A stretch of 64,000 nucleotides of DNA from Nanobdellota archaeon (GTDB taxonomy: Archaea > Nanobdellota > Nanobdellia > Woesearchaeales > GW2011-AR4), in contig JBBSWH010000011.1 of assembly GCA_038046385.1 (NCBI GenBank), positions 1 through 64,000 of the forward strand. The letters are read 5' to 3'. This document shows, piece after piece, positions 38,364 to 47,329 of the stretch (position 1 is its first letter; every line of letters starts with the position of its first letter). The translations under genes were made by a program, and so were the position numbers. The notes under the pieces are model-generated. The model searched no databases, was not told where the DNA came from, and saw nothing but the letters and a program-made list of their open reading frames with translations.

Positions 38364-38939
38364 ATGGGAAAAAAAGACATTGCCTTGTATTCTGTGATTT
38401 TTGTTTTGGCCATAATTGTGATGTGGCAGTGGGTTTCAAGCAGTTCAGTTATCAGCAAAATGAATTCGCAGATAACAGAAATGAACAAGGATATAGTTGA
38501 TTTCCGCCTCATGAGCGGCATTGGAGCATTGCGATCAACGCACGAGCATGCTGACATAAAAGTATACATAAACGGGCAGGCAATTGATTTTTCACAGCCA
38601 GAATACCAGCTTGCTGCAAGATATGTTCATTTTGAAGAAGGAGTAGGGGATGTTATCCATATACACGCAACAGGCATTACTCTTGGCCAGCTTTTTAATT
38701 CTCTCGGAATGGATTTTAATCAAAATTGCTTTGTTTATGAGTCTGTTTCATACTGCACAGGCAAGGACAAGACGCTGAAGTTTTACGTCAACGGAAAGCC
38801 AAGCGCAGAATTTAACAATAAACTGATAAAAGATTTTGACAAATACCTCATTTCTTACGGCAACGAAAACGATGCAGAAATCCAGAAGCAGCTTGCGTCA
38901 ATAACAAACCTTGCGCCGGAATTGAGCGCTAAAGGCTGA
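38364..38939 (+). CDS. Membrane-anchored His-cluster protein, paralogue of 30046-30789
   Basis: HEHADIKV...HFEEGVGDVIHIH...LG..F..LG..FYVNG. Confidence 0.75.
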   Translation: MGKKDIALYSVIFVLAIIVMWQWVSSSSVISKMNSQITEMNKDIVDFRLMSGIGALRSTHEHADIKVYINGQAIDFSQPEYQLAARYVHFEEGVGDVIHIHATGITLGQLFNSLGMDFNQNCFVYESVSYCTGKDKTLKFYVNGKPSAEFNNKLIKDFDKYLISYGNENDAEIQKQLASITNLAPELSAKG

Positions 38940-39010
38940 TTATTCTTCGTAAAAACTCCTGATTATTTTGCCATCAAAATGTAAGGCTCTTGTTCTTTTC
39001 ATTGAGATAG

Positions 39011-39451
39011 TTAAGACTTTTTTGATGTATTTTTAGTCAAAGTAACTGTGATAGTTTTATGGGTCACCCAATAGATAAAATAGATAATTCCCCCTATCAT
39101 TGCAGTAAACATAAACCAAAAAAGAAACGCCGGTATGTGGAACTTTCTACTCTTACTTAAAACTAAGTATCCCTTAGAATCAGAAACAACGTTATAACCT
39201 GCACTTAGGTAATCTTTTGGATTTTTAAGAGATTGATTTTGTTGATCTTCTTTTTTTTCTTTTTTGTAAATCAGATATCTAAGAAACACGCCAAAAATAA
39301 ACAACAAACCAAAAAAAATATCTAAACCTTCGTTTTCAGCTTTTGAGCCTAAAATTAAACTTAACCCCACCATACCAGGGATAAAGGAAATCCCAATAAA
39401 TTTCCATTCTAATTTTGTAAGCTTCAAATTATTTACATTAGCTATTGTCAC
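39011..39451 (-). CDS. Hypothetical membrane protein
   Basis: Several TM segments; AT-rich. Confidence 0.55.
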   Translation of the reverse strand: MTIANVNNLKLTKLEWKFIGISFIPGMVGLSLILGSKAENEGLDIFFGLLFIFGVFLRYLIYKKEKKEDQQNQSLKNPKDYLSAGYNVVSDSKGYLVLSKSRKFHIPAFLFWFMFTAMIGGIIYFIYWVTHKTITVTLTKNTSKKS

Positions 39452-39604
39452 AGTATATCTCTATTTTAACCCAATTTAAATAATTTTCTCTCAATTTATT
39501 AACTGATAGAATTAGTATTCAAAAAAACATAACCTTTAAATACTTCTTGAGTAATGTAAAATATATTCTCAAGGATATATGTGGTATAACTAGGGGGTTA
39601 AATA

Positions 39605-39874
39605 ATGCCGAACAAGGAAATATTCAATGTACTTTTTCGCGAGAAGCCAGCAATGATGCTCGTCGAGATAAAGAACGCAAAAGGCGAGATATATGCTTCC
39701 TCAGTAGCCAAATTGGTTGACTGCACTTATTCGCACGTTGTTAAGATTCTTCAGGAAATGCAGAAAGCAGGGCTTGTTAATTTTGAGAAACAGGGAAGGT
39801 TAAAACTTCTTACATTGACAAAAACTGGCCAGGAAGTCTCAGAAAAGATTGACGGAATAAGAGTTGCGCTGTAA
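39605..39874 (+). CDS. Winged-helix (MarR-like) transcription regulator
   Basis: YASSVAK.VDCTYSHVVKIL..M...GLV...KQGR...LT..G. Confidence 0.85.
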   Translation: MPNKEIFNVLFREKPAMMLVEIKNAKGEIYASSVAKLVDCTYSHVVKILQEMQKAGLVNFEKQGRLKLLTLTKTGQEVSEKIDGIRVAL

Positions 39875-39879
39875 ACAAA

Positions 39880-40293
39880 ATGAAAGATATTTTTGGAAAT
39901 ACAATAAAAACTGATATTTTTGGTAATAAACCCCCTAGACCTACTGCTTCTTGCCCTAAAACTATTCGTGACCAATTAAGAGTCAAATGGTGGAAAGGAA
40001 ACTATGGGGGAACTTGTTTTTGTTGCGGAAGAAAACTAAGTTGGGAACATCACGAAGCTGGTCGTATAAAAGCCGGTGGAAGATATACTGTCCCCAATAC
40101 TCGTCTAATTTGTAAAACTTGCAATAGGGGTATGGGTAAACAAAATTTAAAAATTTATATGAAGAGAAATTTTTTAGATAGATACAACAAATATTTTCCA
40201 AAAACAGAAAAATCAAAAAAGTCCATAAGGAAAAAAATAAAAAAGAACGAGAACCAATGGGGAATAAAACCAATAAACTTACCAAAATTCTAA
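39880..40293 (+). CDS. HNH-like endonuclease
   Basis: CFCCG...HHEAGR..AGG....N....CKTCN. Confidence 0.7.
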   Translation: MKDIFGNTIKTDIFGNKPPRPTASCPKTIRDQLRVKWWKGNYGGTCFCCGRKLSWEHHEAGRIKAGGRYTVPNTRLICKTCNRGMGKQNLKIYMKRNFLDRYNKYFPKTEKSKKSIRKKIKKNENQWGIKPINLPKF

Positions 40294-40304
40294 TTTAGAT
40301 ATCC

Positions 40305-41723
40305 TTATTTTATCTTCTCTTCTATAACAAACTTCCCAAGAACTTCCTTTGCGTTTGCTATAAAAAACTCTTCATGCTTTGTAGGGATAATTGCGCCAGC
40401 AGCATTCTGATGCCCTCCGGCTTCTGATTCATTGATATCTTTTATGATTTCCCCTATTATCAGCTTTAAATCAAGAGTTCCTTCAACATTATTTGTTGTT
40501 CTTAATGAAATCTTAGTATTATCCCCCTCTGCTTGCGCCATTGAAAGAATGAATGTGCTGCCAGTCATACCATTTGATTTGGAAAGGATTGAAGCAAGCG
40601 TGCCTATCATTGTTGACATTATTTGATTCTTTGCATTTATTATTACAAAATTGTTTCCCCAATGGACATCATCGCCGTGCTTGTTATCATTGTACCATCT
40701 TAATGCATTTACAATCTCTTTTTTATAATCACCAAGGCTTCTTATTGCCTGCTGCTTTATTTTCTTGTCACCCAAACAGGCGCCAATTCCGAATGAAGCT
40801 CTTCCAAGCCTCCCGCATGCATTAAGCAAGGTTGCAAACTCTTTTGCGTCCCTTGTTGGGCTTTCTTCATCTTCGTGCGGCAAGATATACACATTGCCAA
40901 GCACATCGTCCGGTTTTGTCTCACCCAATCTTTTCATGATAACTCCTGTAATCAGTTTTTTCATGTCAGAATCGTCTAAATGAACTATTTTTTTCCACCC
41001 TGACCCGTTTTTAGGGTCTATCCCGATTTCAGACAAAAATTGTATTGCTCCGCTTTCTGACCCAGAAACACCGGGAATGTAAGGATCTGTGCAGTATTCC
41101 AAAACTTTATGCAGCGGTTTTGTCTGTGCTCCAAAAATTCTCAAGCCCCGTGTAACTTGTATTTTTTTTCTTTCAACAGCTATTTTTAGAATTTCATTAT
41201 TTAACCTTAAAAATCCGTTTTTTTCCTGCATGTCTCCGTGGGCTCCAATTATTGCAATGTGGGCAAAATCTTCCATGCTCTTGTCAACAGCGCACGCAAA
41301 CCTGAACACAACACCTGCTCCGCTTATCTCTTTTCCGCCATCAATCCCGAAAAGATGGGGGTTTACAAAAACAATGTTGCCAAAATCATTTGTTTCGATG
41401 CTGTGATGATCAAGAACAAACACTTTCTTGTTTGAGAGAATCTTATTAATCTCTTTTATTACGCCTGAGCCAAGATCAGTAAATATTATGTAATTATATT
41501 GCTCTTTTGCCAATTGTTCAAGAAGAACATCATTAACTTGCTGCACTGTTGAAACAGAATACTTCCTGTTTTCTATGTTTAGAAGCCTCAGCATTATAGA
41601 ACATGCGCTTATACCATCTGCATCAAGATGGCTGATAACTCTTATAATCTCATTTTTATCAATAGCCTTGAAGGCTTCAGCAGCCTTTCTTAAACTTTCA
41701 TCAAATTGTTCATAAGGATCCAA
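40305..41723 (-). CDS. DHH/RecJ family phosphoesterase (GAN-like)
   Basis: SHLDADGI, TDLGSG, LDHH, GAHGD, LLNACGR, GGHQNAAGA; start placed at TTG 41723 after an AGAAGGT RBS-like motif. Confidence 0.9.
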   Translation of the reverse strand: MDPYEQFDESLRKAAEAFKAIDKNEIIRVISHLDADGISACSIMLRLLNIENRKYSVSTVQQVNDVLLEQLAKEQYNYIIFTDLGSGVIKEINKILSNKKVFVLDHHSIETNDFGNIVFVNPHLFGIDGGKEISGAGVVFRFACAVDKSMEDFAHIAIIGAHGDMQEKNGFLRLNNEILKIAVERKKIQVTRGLRIFGAQTKPLHKVLEYCTDPYIPGVSGSESGAIQFLSEIGIDPKNGSGWKKIVHLDDSDMKKLITGVIMKRLGETKPDDVLGNVYILPHEDEESPTRDAKEFATLLNACGRLGRASFGIGACLGDKKIKQQAIRSLGDYKKEIVNALRWYNDNKHGDDVHWGNNFVIINAKNQIMSTMIGTLASILSKSNGMTGSTFILSMAQAEGDNTKISLRTTNNVEGTLDLKLIIGEIIKDINESEAGGHQNAAGAIIPTKHEEFFIANAKEVLGKFVIEEKIK

Positions 41724-41822
41724 TAAAAACACCTTCTCTGTCAATAATAGCAGAATTGATTTTTGCAATCAATCTTCCTTTTTAATTCTTTGTTTTATAA
41801 ATATGAAATGGTTTAGCAATTG

Positions 41823-42506
41823 TTATTTTCCAAACCTTCTTTCCCTTTCATTATACCCTTTTAGGATATTAACTAAATCTTGCTTAGTAAACTCCGGCCA
41901 CAGCTTCTTTACAAAGAACCATTCTGAATAAGCGCTCTGCCACATGAGGAAGTTGCTAGTTCTTACTTCCCCTCCCGGCCTTATTACTATCTCCGGTTCA
42001 CTAGTTAAGTAAAGGTTCTTCGTTATTGCGCTTTCGTCAATCTTTGATTTTTTGCTCTTTAATGCTCTGTTGACAGCGTCCATTATCTCCTGCCTGCCCC
42101 CATATGCCAATGCAAAGTTAACAATCAGTTTTTTGTTGTTTTTTGTCTTTTTCATCGCGTCCTTCATTGCATTCTGCATCTTATTTGGGAACATCTGCAT
42201 TCTTCCGATAACATTTACTTTAACTTTATCCTTAAACATGCCTTTGCCTTCCTGAACTTCTTTGAACTTTTTCCAGAAAAGATTGAATAAATATTCAACT
42301 TCCTTTTTGTTTCTGCTGAAATTTTCTGTGGAGAAACAGTATAATGTAAGTTCCTGAATTCCAAGATTCATGCACCAATTGAAAAGTTGTTCCAGCTTTC
42401 CTAATCCGACTTCATGGCCTTTCCATGGCTGCATTCCAAGTCTTCTTGCATAACGGCGATTTCCATCAAGTATGATTGCAACGTGCTTTGGAGCTTTAGA
42501 AACCAT
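41823..42506 (-). CDS. uppS: cis-prenyl (polyprenyl diphosphate) synthase
   Basis: HVAIILDGNRR, FSTENF.R, YGGRQEI, RTSNFL.WQ..YSE, RRFG. Confidence 0.96.
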   Translation of the reverse strand: MVSKAPKHVAIILDGNRRYARRLGMQPWKGHEVGLGKLEQLFNWCMNLGIQELTLYCFSTENFSRNKKEVEYLFNLFWKKFKEVQEGKGMFKDKVKVNVIGRMQMFPNKMQNAMKDAMKKTKNNKKLIVNFALAYGGRQEIMDAVNRALKSKKSKIDESAITKNLYLTSEPEIVIRPGGEVRTSNFLMWQSAYSEWFFVKKLWPEFTKQDLVNILKGYNERERRFGK

Positions 42507-42601
42507 AAAAGAAGTAACTTTTAGAGCTTTATATAGGTTTTGAAAGCCTCAGCTTTCAAATACCTCAGAAAATATTTGATTTTCGCTAGGTTTTGACTAT
42601 A

Positions 42602-42829
42602 TCAATTCCGGTCCAGCCTTACCCTGAAAAAGAACATCAGACCGGCTGTTATAGATACTATAAACAGTACAAAAGAAGATGCCTGAATGTAATCTAATGT
42701 TCCCATGATTGTGTCTGGCTGCTTAACAACATTAGCCGTTATATCACTTGGGGGGCTAACTAGCCATATTCCGCCTATTAAAAATAATACGCTCATTGCA
42801 ACCAAAATCATTCCAATTTGTTTTGTCAT
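42602..42829 (-). CDS. Small 2-TM membrane protein
   Basis: Two hydrophobic segments with ITANVV linker. Confidence 0.6.
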   Translation of the reverse strand: MTKQIGMILVAMSVLFLIGGIWLVSPPSDITANVVKQPDTIMGTLDYIQASSFVLFIVSITAGLMFFFRVRLDRN

Positions 42830-42830
42830 T

Positions 42831-43319
42831 TTATGCCTTAGTAATCTTGTCAAACAATCCTACGAAAATTTCCTGCGGCACTTTGATGCCGGCTTCAACA
42901 AACGCCCTTGCAAGCCTGTAGCCATCGGTCTCTTCATTTTCAGGCTTAAAATCAAGCAAATTGCGCAATGTAAGCGTGCACATGTACCCCTCATTTACCA
43001 ATATGGCAGCATCCTTATTATTTTTTTGTATTTTAGACGTTTCATTTTTGACAAGAAACTCTTTGTCTATTCCAAACCTAAAAAATTCCCATTCAATAAG
43101 ATCGTGCATTATTTTGCTTTGTTCATTGCTGTCAACATATGAAGAAGAATCATTAATCTTAAAATGTTCCAAAAAATTAACATCATTTTTCATGGAAAAC
43201 CTATGGGCTCTTCCGATATACCCTTTGACTTTTTGTCTGCTGCTTTTCTTCTTCCATTCATTCTCAACTAGGTATACATACTCGTTTCCCTTAATCTTCT
43301 TAATTCTGAAAAATGCCAT
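42831..43319 (-). CDS. Hypothetical protein with basic N-terminal beta-hairpin
   Basis: MAFFRIKKIKGNEYVYLVEN...RQKVKGYIG. Confidence 0.7.
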   Translation of the reverse strand: MAFFRIKKIKGNEYVYLVENEWKKKSSRQKVKGYIGRAHRFSMKNDVNFLEHFKINDSSSYVDSNEQSKIMHDLIEWEFFRFGIDKEFLVKNETSKIQKNNKDAAILVNEGYMCTLTLRNLLDFKPENEETDGYRLARAFVEAGIKVPQEIFVGLFDKITKA

Positions 43320-43380
43320 ATACTTAGTTAGGCACTATGAATTTATAAGGTTTTTGGTATAGAAAATAAATTATTTTCAT

Positions 43381-43443
43381 ATGTCAGAAATATATTTTCA
43401 TATATATTTCTGAGCATGCTCAAAAATCTTTGATTTTTGACAT
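43381..43443. repeat. Compound intergenic palindrome
   Basis: TGAGCATGCTCA, TCAAAAATC-TTT-GATTTTTGA and outer ATGTCA/TGACAT arms; a related GAAAATATTTGATTTTC lies near 42568. Confidence 0.55.
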
Positions 43444-43479
43444 ATAAACTATGTAATTAAACGAACTTTAAATCTAGAA

Positions 43480-43758
43480 CTACTTAATTTCTTTTGCAAA
43501 CTCTTTCTTGAACTTCTCGTTTACCTTATGGAGCCTCTGAACAGCGTTAATCAAAGCGTTCTTTGGTGTCACATCCCCGTCTGTTTCAACTATCATCTGA
43601 GGAAAGCTTATCTGAGGATGCCTTATGCTGTAAGTTGCAATCTTTACATGCTTATCATTTAGTAATTCTGATTTAAGCGCATTGCACAATGTGTGGCCAG
43701 ATCCATTTATCTCAATTATGAGCTTGTTCTTTTTGTCGTCGAGAATTTTTATTTCCAT
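43480..43758 (-). CDS. rpoL: DNA-directed RNA polymerase subunit L (Rpo11)
   Basis: MEIKIL, GHTLCNAL..EL, V..ATY.I.HP, P.NAL..A. Confidence 0.92.
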   Translation of the reverse strand: MEIKILDDKKNKLIIEINGSGHTLCNALKSELLNDKHVKIATYSIRHPQISFPQMIVETDGDVTPKNALINAVQRLHKVNEKFKKEFAKEIK

Positions 43759-43847
43759 TTTGTTGATAATAAGGAAAAGAACATCATTTAAAAACCTTTT
43801 GCTGGCATAATGGAAATACAAAATCCATACTTTTTCGTCGACAAAAT

Positions 43848-44480
43848 TCACCTGTTTTTCTCAAACCTAAAGCAGCTTACATCAATTCTGTGGATTTGTC
43901 GACGGTGAAACTTCATTGTAGCCTTCAAAGGGAGCTTAAAATCCCAAATATGGGTTATTTTGGCGTTTTTCTTGGCCGAAAACCCTTCCAGAAAGGCTTT
44001 GCTCTCACTTTTGTGCAAGGAGTATACAATAGGCGCTATTTCCAGCGCTTTTTCAAGGAAAACAGCATCGTTATGCTTTATCTTTGTCCCAAAAGGCGGG
44101 TTCTGTATAACCACCTCTGCCTTTAGATTTACCTCGGTTATATCCTGGCAGATGAATTTCCCCATCTTCTCTACCGAACTCTCACTTCTCACCTTTGAAA
44201 AGCTCATTTTTGCAGTTTCCAGAGCCTTTTTGTCCATATCTACAAAGTATACCTTACCTGCGCCCAATAGTGTGGCTCCAATGCCCAAGATACCCGTCCC
44301 ACATCCAAGATCAGCTATCACTTTTCCTTCTATATCTCCTAACATATAGGCGTTCCACAGCATATGACCGGCTACTTCGCTGTCTGTAGCATACTGCTCA
44401 TGCCTCACATCTGGCTCAGCAAACCCCTTAAGGCGTGATAAAGCCACTGCAAGCTGCGATTTTGATCCTATCTGTCTCAT
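43848..44480 (-). CDS. METTL5-family RNA methyltransferase
   Basis: EQYATDS, DLGCGTGILG, QNPPFG, D..FL..A, VYSLHK, FH. Confidence 0.9.
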   Translation of the reverse strand: MRQIGSKSQLAVALSRLKGFAEPDVRHEQYATDSEVAGHMLWNAYMLGDIEGKVIADLGCGTGILGIGATLLGAGKVYFVDMDKKALETAKMSFSKVRSESSVEKMGKFICQDITEVNLKAEVVIQNPPFGTKIKHNDAVFLEKALEIAPIVYSLHKSESKAFLEGFSAKKNAKITHIWDFKLPLKATMKFHRRQIHRIDVSCFRFEKNR

Positions 44481-44810
44481 TTTAACTCTCACTTATTACG
44501 AGTAAACTACTATTATATCATTATCTTCTATAGTGAAAATAAATATATTCATACTCACTATATACTTCCTTATTGATTGTTTATCCCTCTTTTTGCCCCC
44601 ACTTCTTATGAGCAAAACTCAGTTATTTAGGTCTGCTTATTATACTTGCTTTTTGGAAGGCAAAAATCACAAATAAACTGCCAATTTTAGACCCTTAAAT
44701 CTCTTATATTTCAGCCAAAATTTTTGCATATTTCTTTGATTTTTACACAAAAAAATTAAACTAATTTTCCTGATTTTTTATTAAAATCACTTCAACTATA
44801 AATATTTTTC

Positions 44811-44962
44811 CCAGTCCCAGCGTAGTCTTATCATATTCCCAAGACTATCCCAATATAGTCCTAAAATATATATCTTGACGACGAAAAACATTCCCATATT
44901 AGTCCTATTATAATCCCAATAAAATCCCACGGAATCAAAAAATTTAAATAGATTGGGACTAA
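44811..44962 (+). repeat. Phased array of degenerate 11-bp direct repeats (consensus about ATAGTCCCAAT): 5 + 4 copies plus one inverted copy
   Basis: Units start at 44811, 44822, 44833, 44844, 44855, then (after 22 bp, same register) 44888, 44899, 44910, 44921; inverted ATTGGGACTAA at 44952. Confidence 0.8.
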
Positions 44963-44973
44963 ATTGGTAAAAT

Positions 44974-45630
44974 ATGTTCTGGAAAAAAGACAATTCAACA
45001 GAAAGAAAGCTTGCGCAGATGAATGAAGTTTTGAAAAAATCTTTTTCAAATGTTAAAAATGACACCCAGAATATATTCCAGTGGCTTAACTATTTTCACA
45101 GAAAAAGCATGGAGCAGGAGCAGCTCATAAAGCAGCTAAAAACAGAGCTTTCCTACATGCCAAAGACAAGGGAAGACATAAGGCGCATTGTAGACGATTA
45201 TTACTCTTTTGAGAGCATAATGGCCAAGATACGTGATTTAAGCTACAAAGTAGATCAGCTTGCTATGGTCAGAAGTGAGCAAAGGCCAATAGTTCAGCAG
45301 CATTCAGATGAATGGAAAAGTTACGTTAATGAACTCCAAAAAAGGCTTGAAAATCTTGAACATAGGAAATCGTCAATAAGGGAAAAAATAGTCAAAAAAA
45401 TCACTCGCAATTCAAAAGAGTATGTTAAAAGCATGATGCTTTCTTACATAAGAAAATATGAAAGAATTTCCGCATTGCAGCTTAAGGATATAGTGGTTGA
45501 CGAGCAGAATTTCTGCTCCAAAAGCTCGTTTTACAGGCTCCTCGAAGAGCTCGAAGAGCTGGAAGAAATAGGGGTTATCAAGGAAGGCAAGGAGAAGCAT
45601 TACGTATCAAAAGCCATTAAAAGAGTATAA
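44974..45630 (+). CDS. Coiled-coil protein with C-terminal winged helix
   Basis: Heptad-rich N-terminal part; C-terminal ISALQLKDIVV..CSKSSFYRLLEELE..IGVIKEGKEKHY. Confidence 0.75.
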   Translation: MFWKKDNSTERKLAQMNEVLKKSFSNVKNDTQNIFQWLNYFHRKSMEQEQLIKQLKTELSYMPKTREDIRRIVDDYYSFESIMAKIRDLSYKVDQLAMVRSEQRPIVQQHSDEWKSYVNELQKRLENLEHRKSSIREKIVKKITRNSKEYVKSMMLSYIRKYERISALQLKDIVVDEQNFCSKSSFYRLLEELEELEEIGVIKEGKEKHYVSKAIKRV

Positions 45631-45672
45631 AAAGAAACCTTTTTAAACCCACTAAGTTTTGCAAAGCTTGGG

Positions 45673-46215
45673 GTGAGTAAGATTATTGGAAAAATCTTTC
45701 TTAGAAACATCAGTGCAAAACTTAGTAGGACAACAAGCAACCTGAAGTCGGAATTTTCCGATATAAGGGGCGAATTTGATGAGCATTTGCAGGCTATAAA
45801 CGAGAACACCAACGAAATATCTGCAAACTATGAGCATATATGTGAAATTGAGGAAAAGCTTGACAGATTAAGCGCAAGAGTCGAACAGATTCAGATGTAT
45901 TTTGAATCAGGAGACGCTCCAAGAAACTCTAATTTTGAGGTAAAACAGCTTAATCGAAGAGAGCAGGAAGTGTTTCTTGTGATGTACACTCTAGAAGAAG
46001 AGCACGGCAATGTTACCTATGAAAACATAGCAAGCAGGCTTGGTATTTCAATAGAACTTGCGGGCTCTTATGTGACTGCTTTGATAGAGAAAGGCGTTCC
46101 AATAATAAAGCGCTACATCAACTCAAAGCCGTATTTGAAGCTTGATCCGGATTTCAAAACACTGCAGACAAAAGAAAATATTTTGCAGGTAAGTTTGGAA
46201 GAATTTGGATTCTAA
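45673..46215 (+). CDS. Coiled-coil protein with C-terminal winged helix
   Basis: EHLQAINENTNEI coiled coil; LNRREQEVFL...VTYENIASRLGIS....SYVTALIEKGVPI. Confidence 0.75.
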   Translation: MSKIIGKIFLRNISAKLSRTTSNLKSEFSDIRGEFDEHLQAINENTNEISANYEHICEIEEKLDRLSARVEQIQMYFESGDAPRNSNFEVKQLNRREQEVFLVMYTLEEEHGNVTYENIASRLGISIELAGSYVTALIEKGVPIIKRYINSKPYLKLDPDFKTLQTKENILQVSLEEFGF

Positions 46216-46276
46216 CTTTTATTTTTTTATTTGGTTTTTGAATTAAATATTTTTAGATTTGATTAAAAGTTTTTAG

Positions 46277-47092
46277 CTACAACCTATCTAAAGGACTTTT
46301 TACCTTCTTTAGCTGTTCTGTTGAAACCTTTGTGTAAATCTGCGTTGTTGAAAGATCAGCATGGCCAAGAAGCTCCTGGATGATTCTAATATCTGTTCCA
46401 TTTTCAAGAAGATGGGTTGCAAAGCTGCTCCTCAGCGCATGGCAGAAAACGCGCTTCTTTATGCCTGCTTTTTTTGCAGTTTCCTTCACGATTTTCTGCG
46501 CTTGCCTTGCGGTTATTGGTCTGTTGTTGACGGAAAAAATATAGCTGCTTTGATCCTTTTTCATTGGCATGTACACCTTTAAATGCCCTATCAAGCTGTC
46601 AGAAAGGATGATATGGCGTTCTTTATTGCCCTTGCCGTGCCTGACGCGGCCCATCTTCTCATCGAGGTCTAAATCGTCAATTTTGAGGCTTACACACTCG
46701 CTTACACGCAATCCTGAAGAATAAAGGAACTCTATGAGCAGCCTGTGCTTTGGATTTGTAGCAGCATCAATCAGCTTTCTCATCTCGTCTCTTGTGAGTA
46801 CTGTTGGCAGTTTTTTCTCTGCTTTTGGGCTTTTAACTGCGTTAAATGCCTTATTTTGAAAGATCTCGTTAAGATAGAACTTTACTGAACTTAAGGCGAG
46901 ATTTGCGCTCCTGGGGCTGTATTTTCGGTCAGAAAGCAGGTAAGCGAGGTATTTTTTGGCATCAAATTCGTTCACAGAAGAAGGTTCTTTACCTATGAAA
47001 TTAATGAAATTTTTGTTGTGATAAAGGTAAGAGCTAACTGTTTTGTTGCTGAATCCCCTTATTTTGAGCTCTGTTTCAAGCCTGTCAAGCAT
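46277..47092 (-). CDS. xerA: XerA-like tyrosine recombinase
   Basis: N-terminal SAM-like domain; KKLPTVLT, SGLRVSE (R), GKGNKER (K), HALR, LLGH, TTQIY. Confidence 0.9.
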   Translation of the reverse strand: MLDRLETELKIRGFSNKTVSSYLYHNKNFINFIGKEPSSVNEFDAKKYLAYLLSDRKYSPRSANLALSSVKFYLNEIFQNKAFNAVKSPKAEKKLPTVLTRDEMRKLIDAATNPKHRLLIEFLYSSGLRVSECVSLKIDDLDLDEKMGRVRHGKGNKERHIILSDSLIGHLKVYMPMKKDQSSYIFSVNNRPITARQAQKIVKETAKKAGIKKRVFCHALRSSFATHLLENGTDIRIIQELLGHADLSTTQIYTKVSTEQLKKVKSPLDRL

Positions 47093-47133
47093 TTTATCAC
47101 CAGTTTTTTGGAATTAAAATGTATACTAGTATA

Positions 47134-47169
47134 TAAAACTTCGCTTAATGTGTATTATACGAAGTTTTA
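47134..47169. other. dif/lox-like tyrosine-recombinase target site
   Basis: 11-6-11 core ACTTCGCTTAA-TGTGTA-TTATACGAAGT (47138-47165); arms extend to TAAAACTTCG/CGAAGTTTTA; about 40 bp upstream of xerA. Confidence 0.8.
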
Positions 47170-47329
47170 CATTTCAAAAACATCAAAAAATAATTCAAAT
47201 TCAATTTTGTCGTCTATAAAACAAAAACTTTGCCATGTTTTAATCATTTAGGCCGGGCTATTTGGAACAAATTTAACGGGATTTTAGAAACAAATTTTTA
47301 ATATTTTAGAAAAAACAAAAAATCAAGAT

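Noticed and set aside
44811-44962. CRISPR array
   Set aside because: The units are 11 bp, degenerate and contiguous, with no unique spacers and no cas genes nearby.
46277-47092. Integron integrase or proviral integrase
   Set aside because: At 271 aa it lacks the IntI-specific insertion. No attC cassette array, tRNA attachment site or viral genes are adjacent, so XerA with a dif-like site fits better.
47135-47168. loxP vector contamination
   Set aside because: Seven mismatches to loxP, native-looking flanks and position next to a native recombinase gene.
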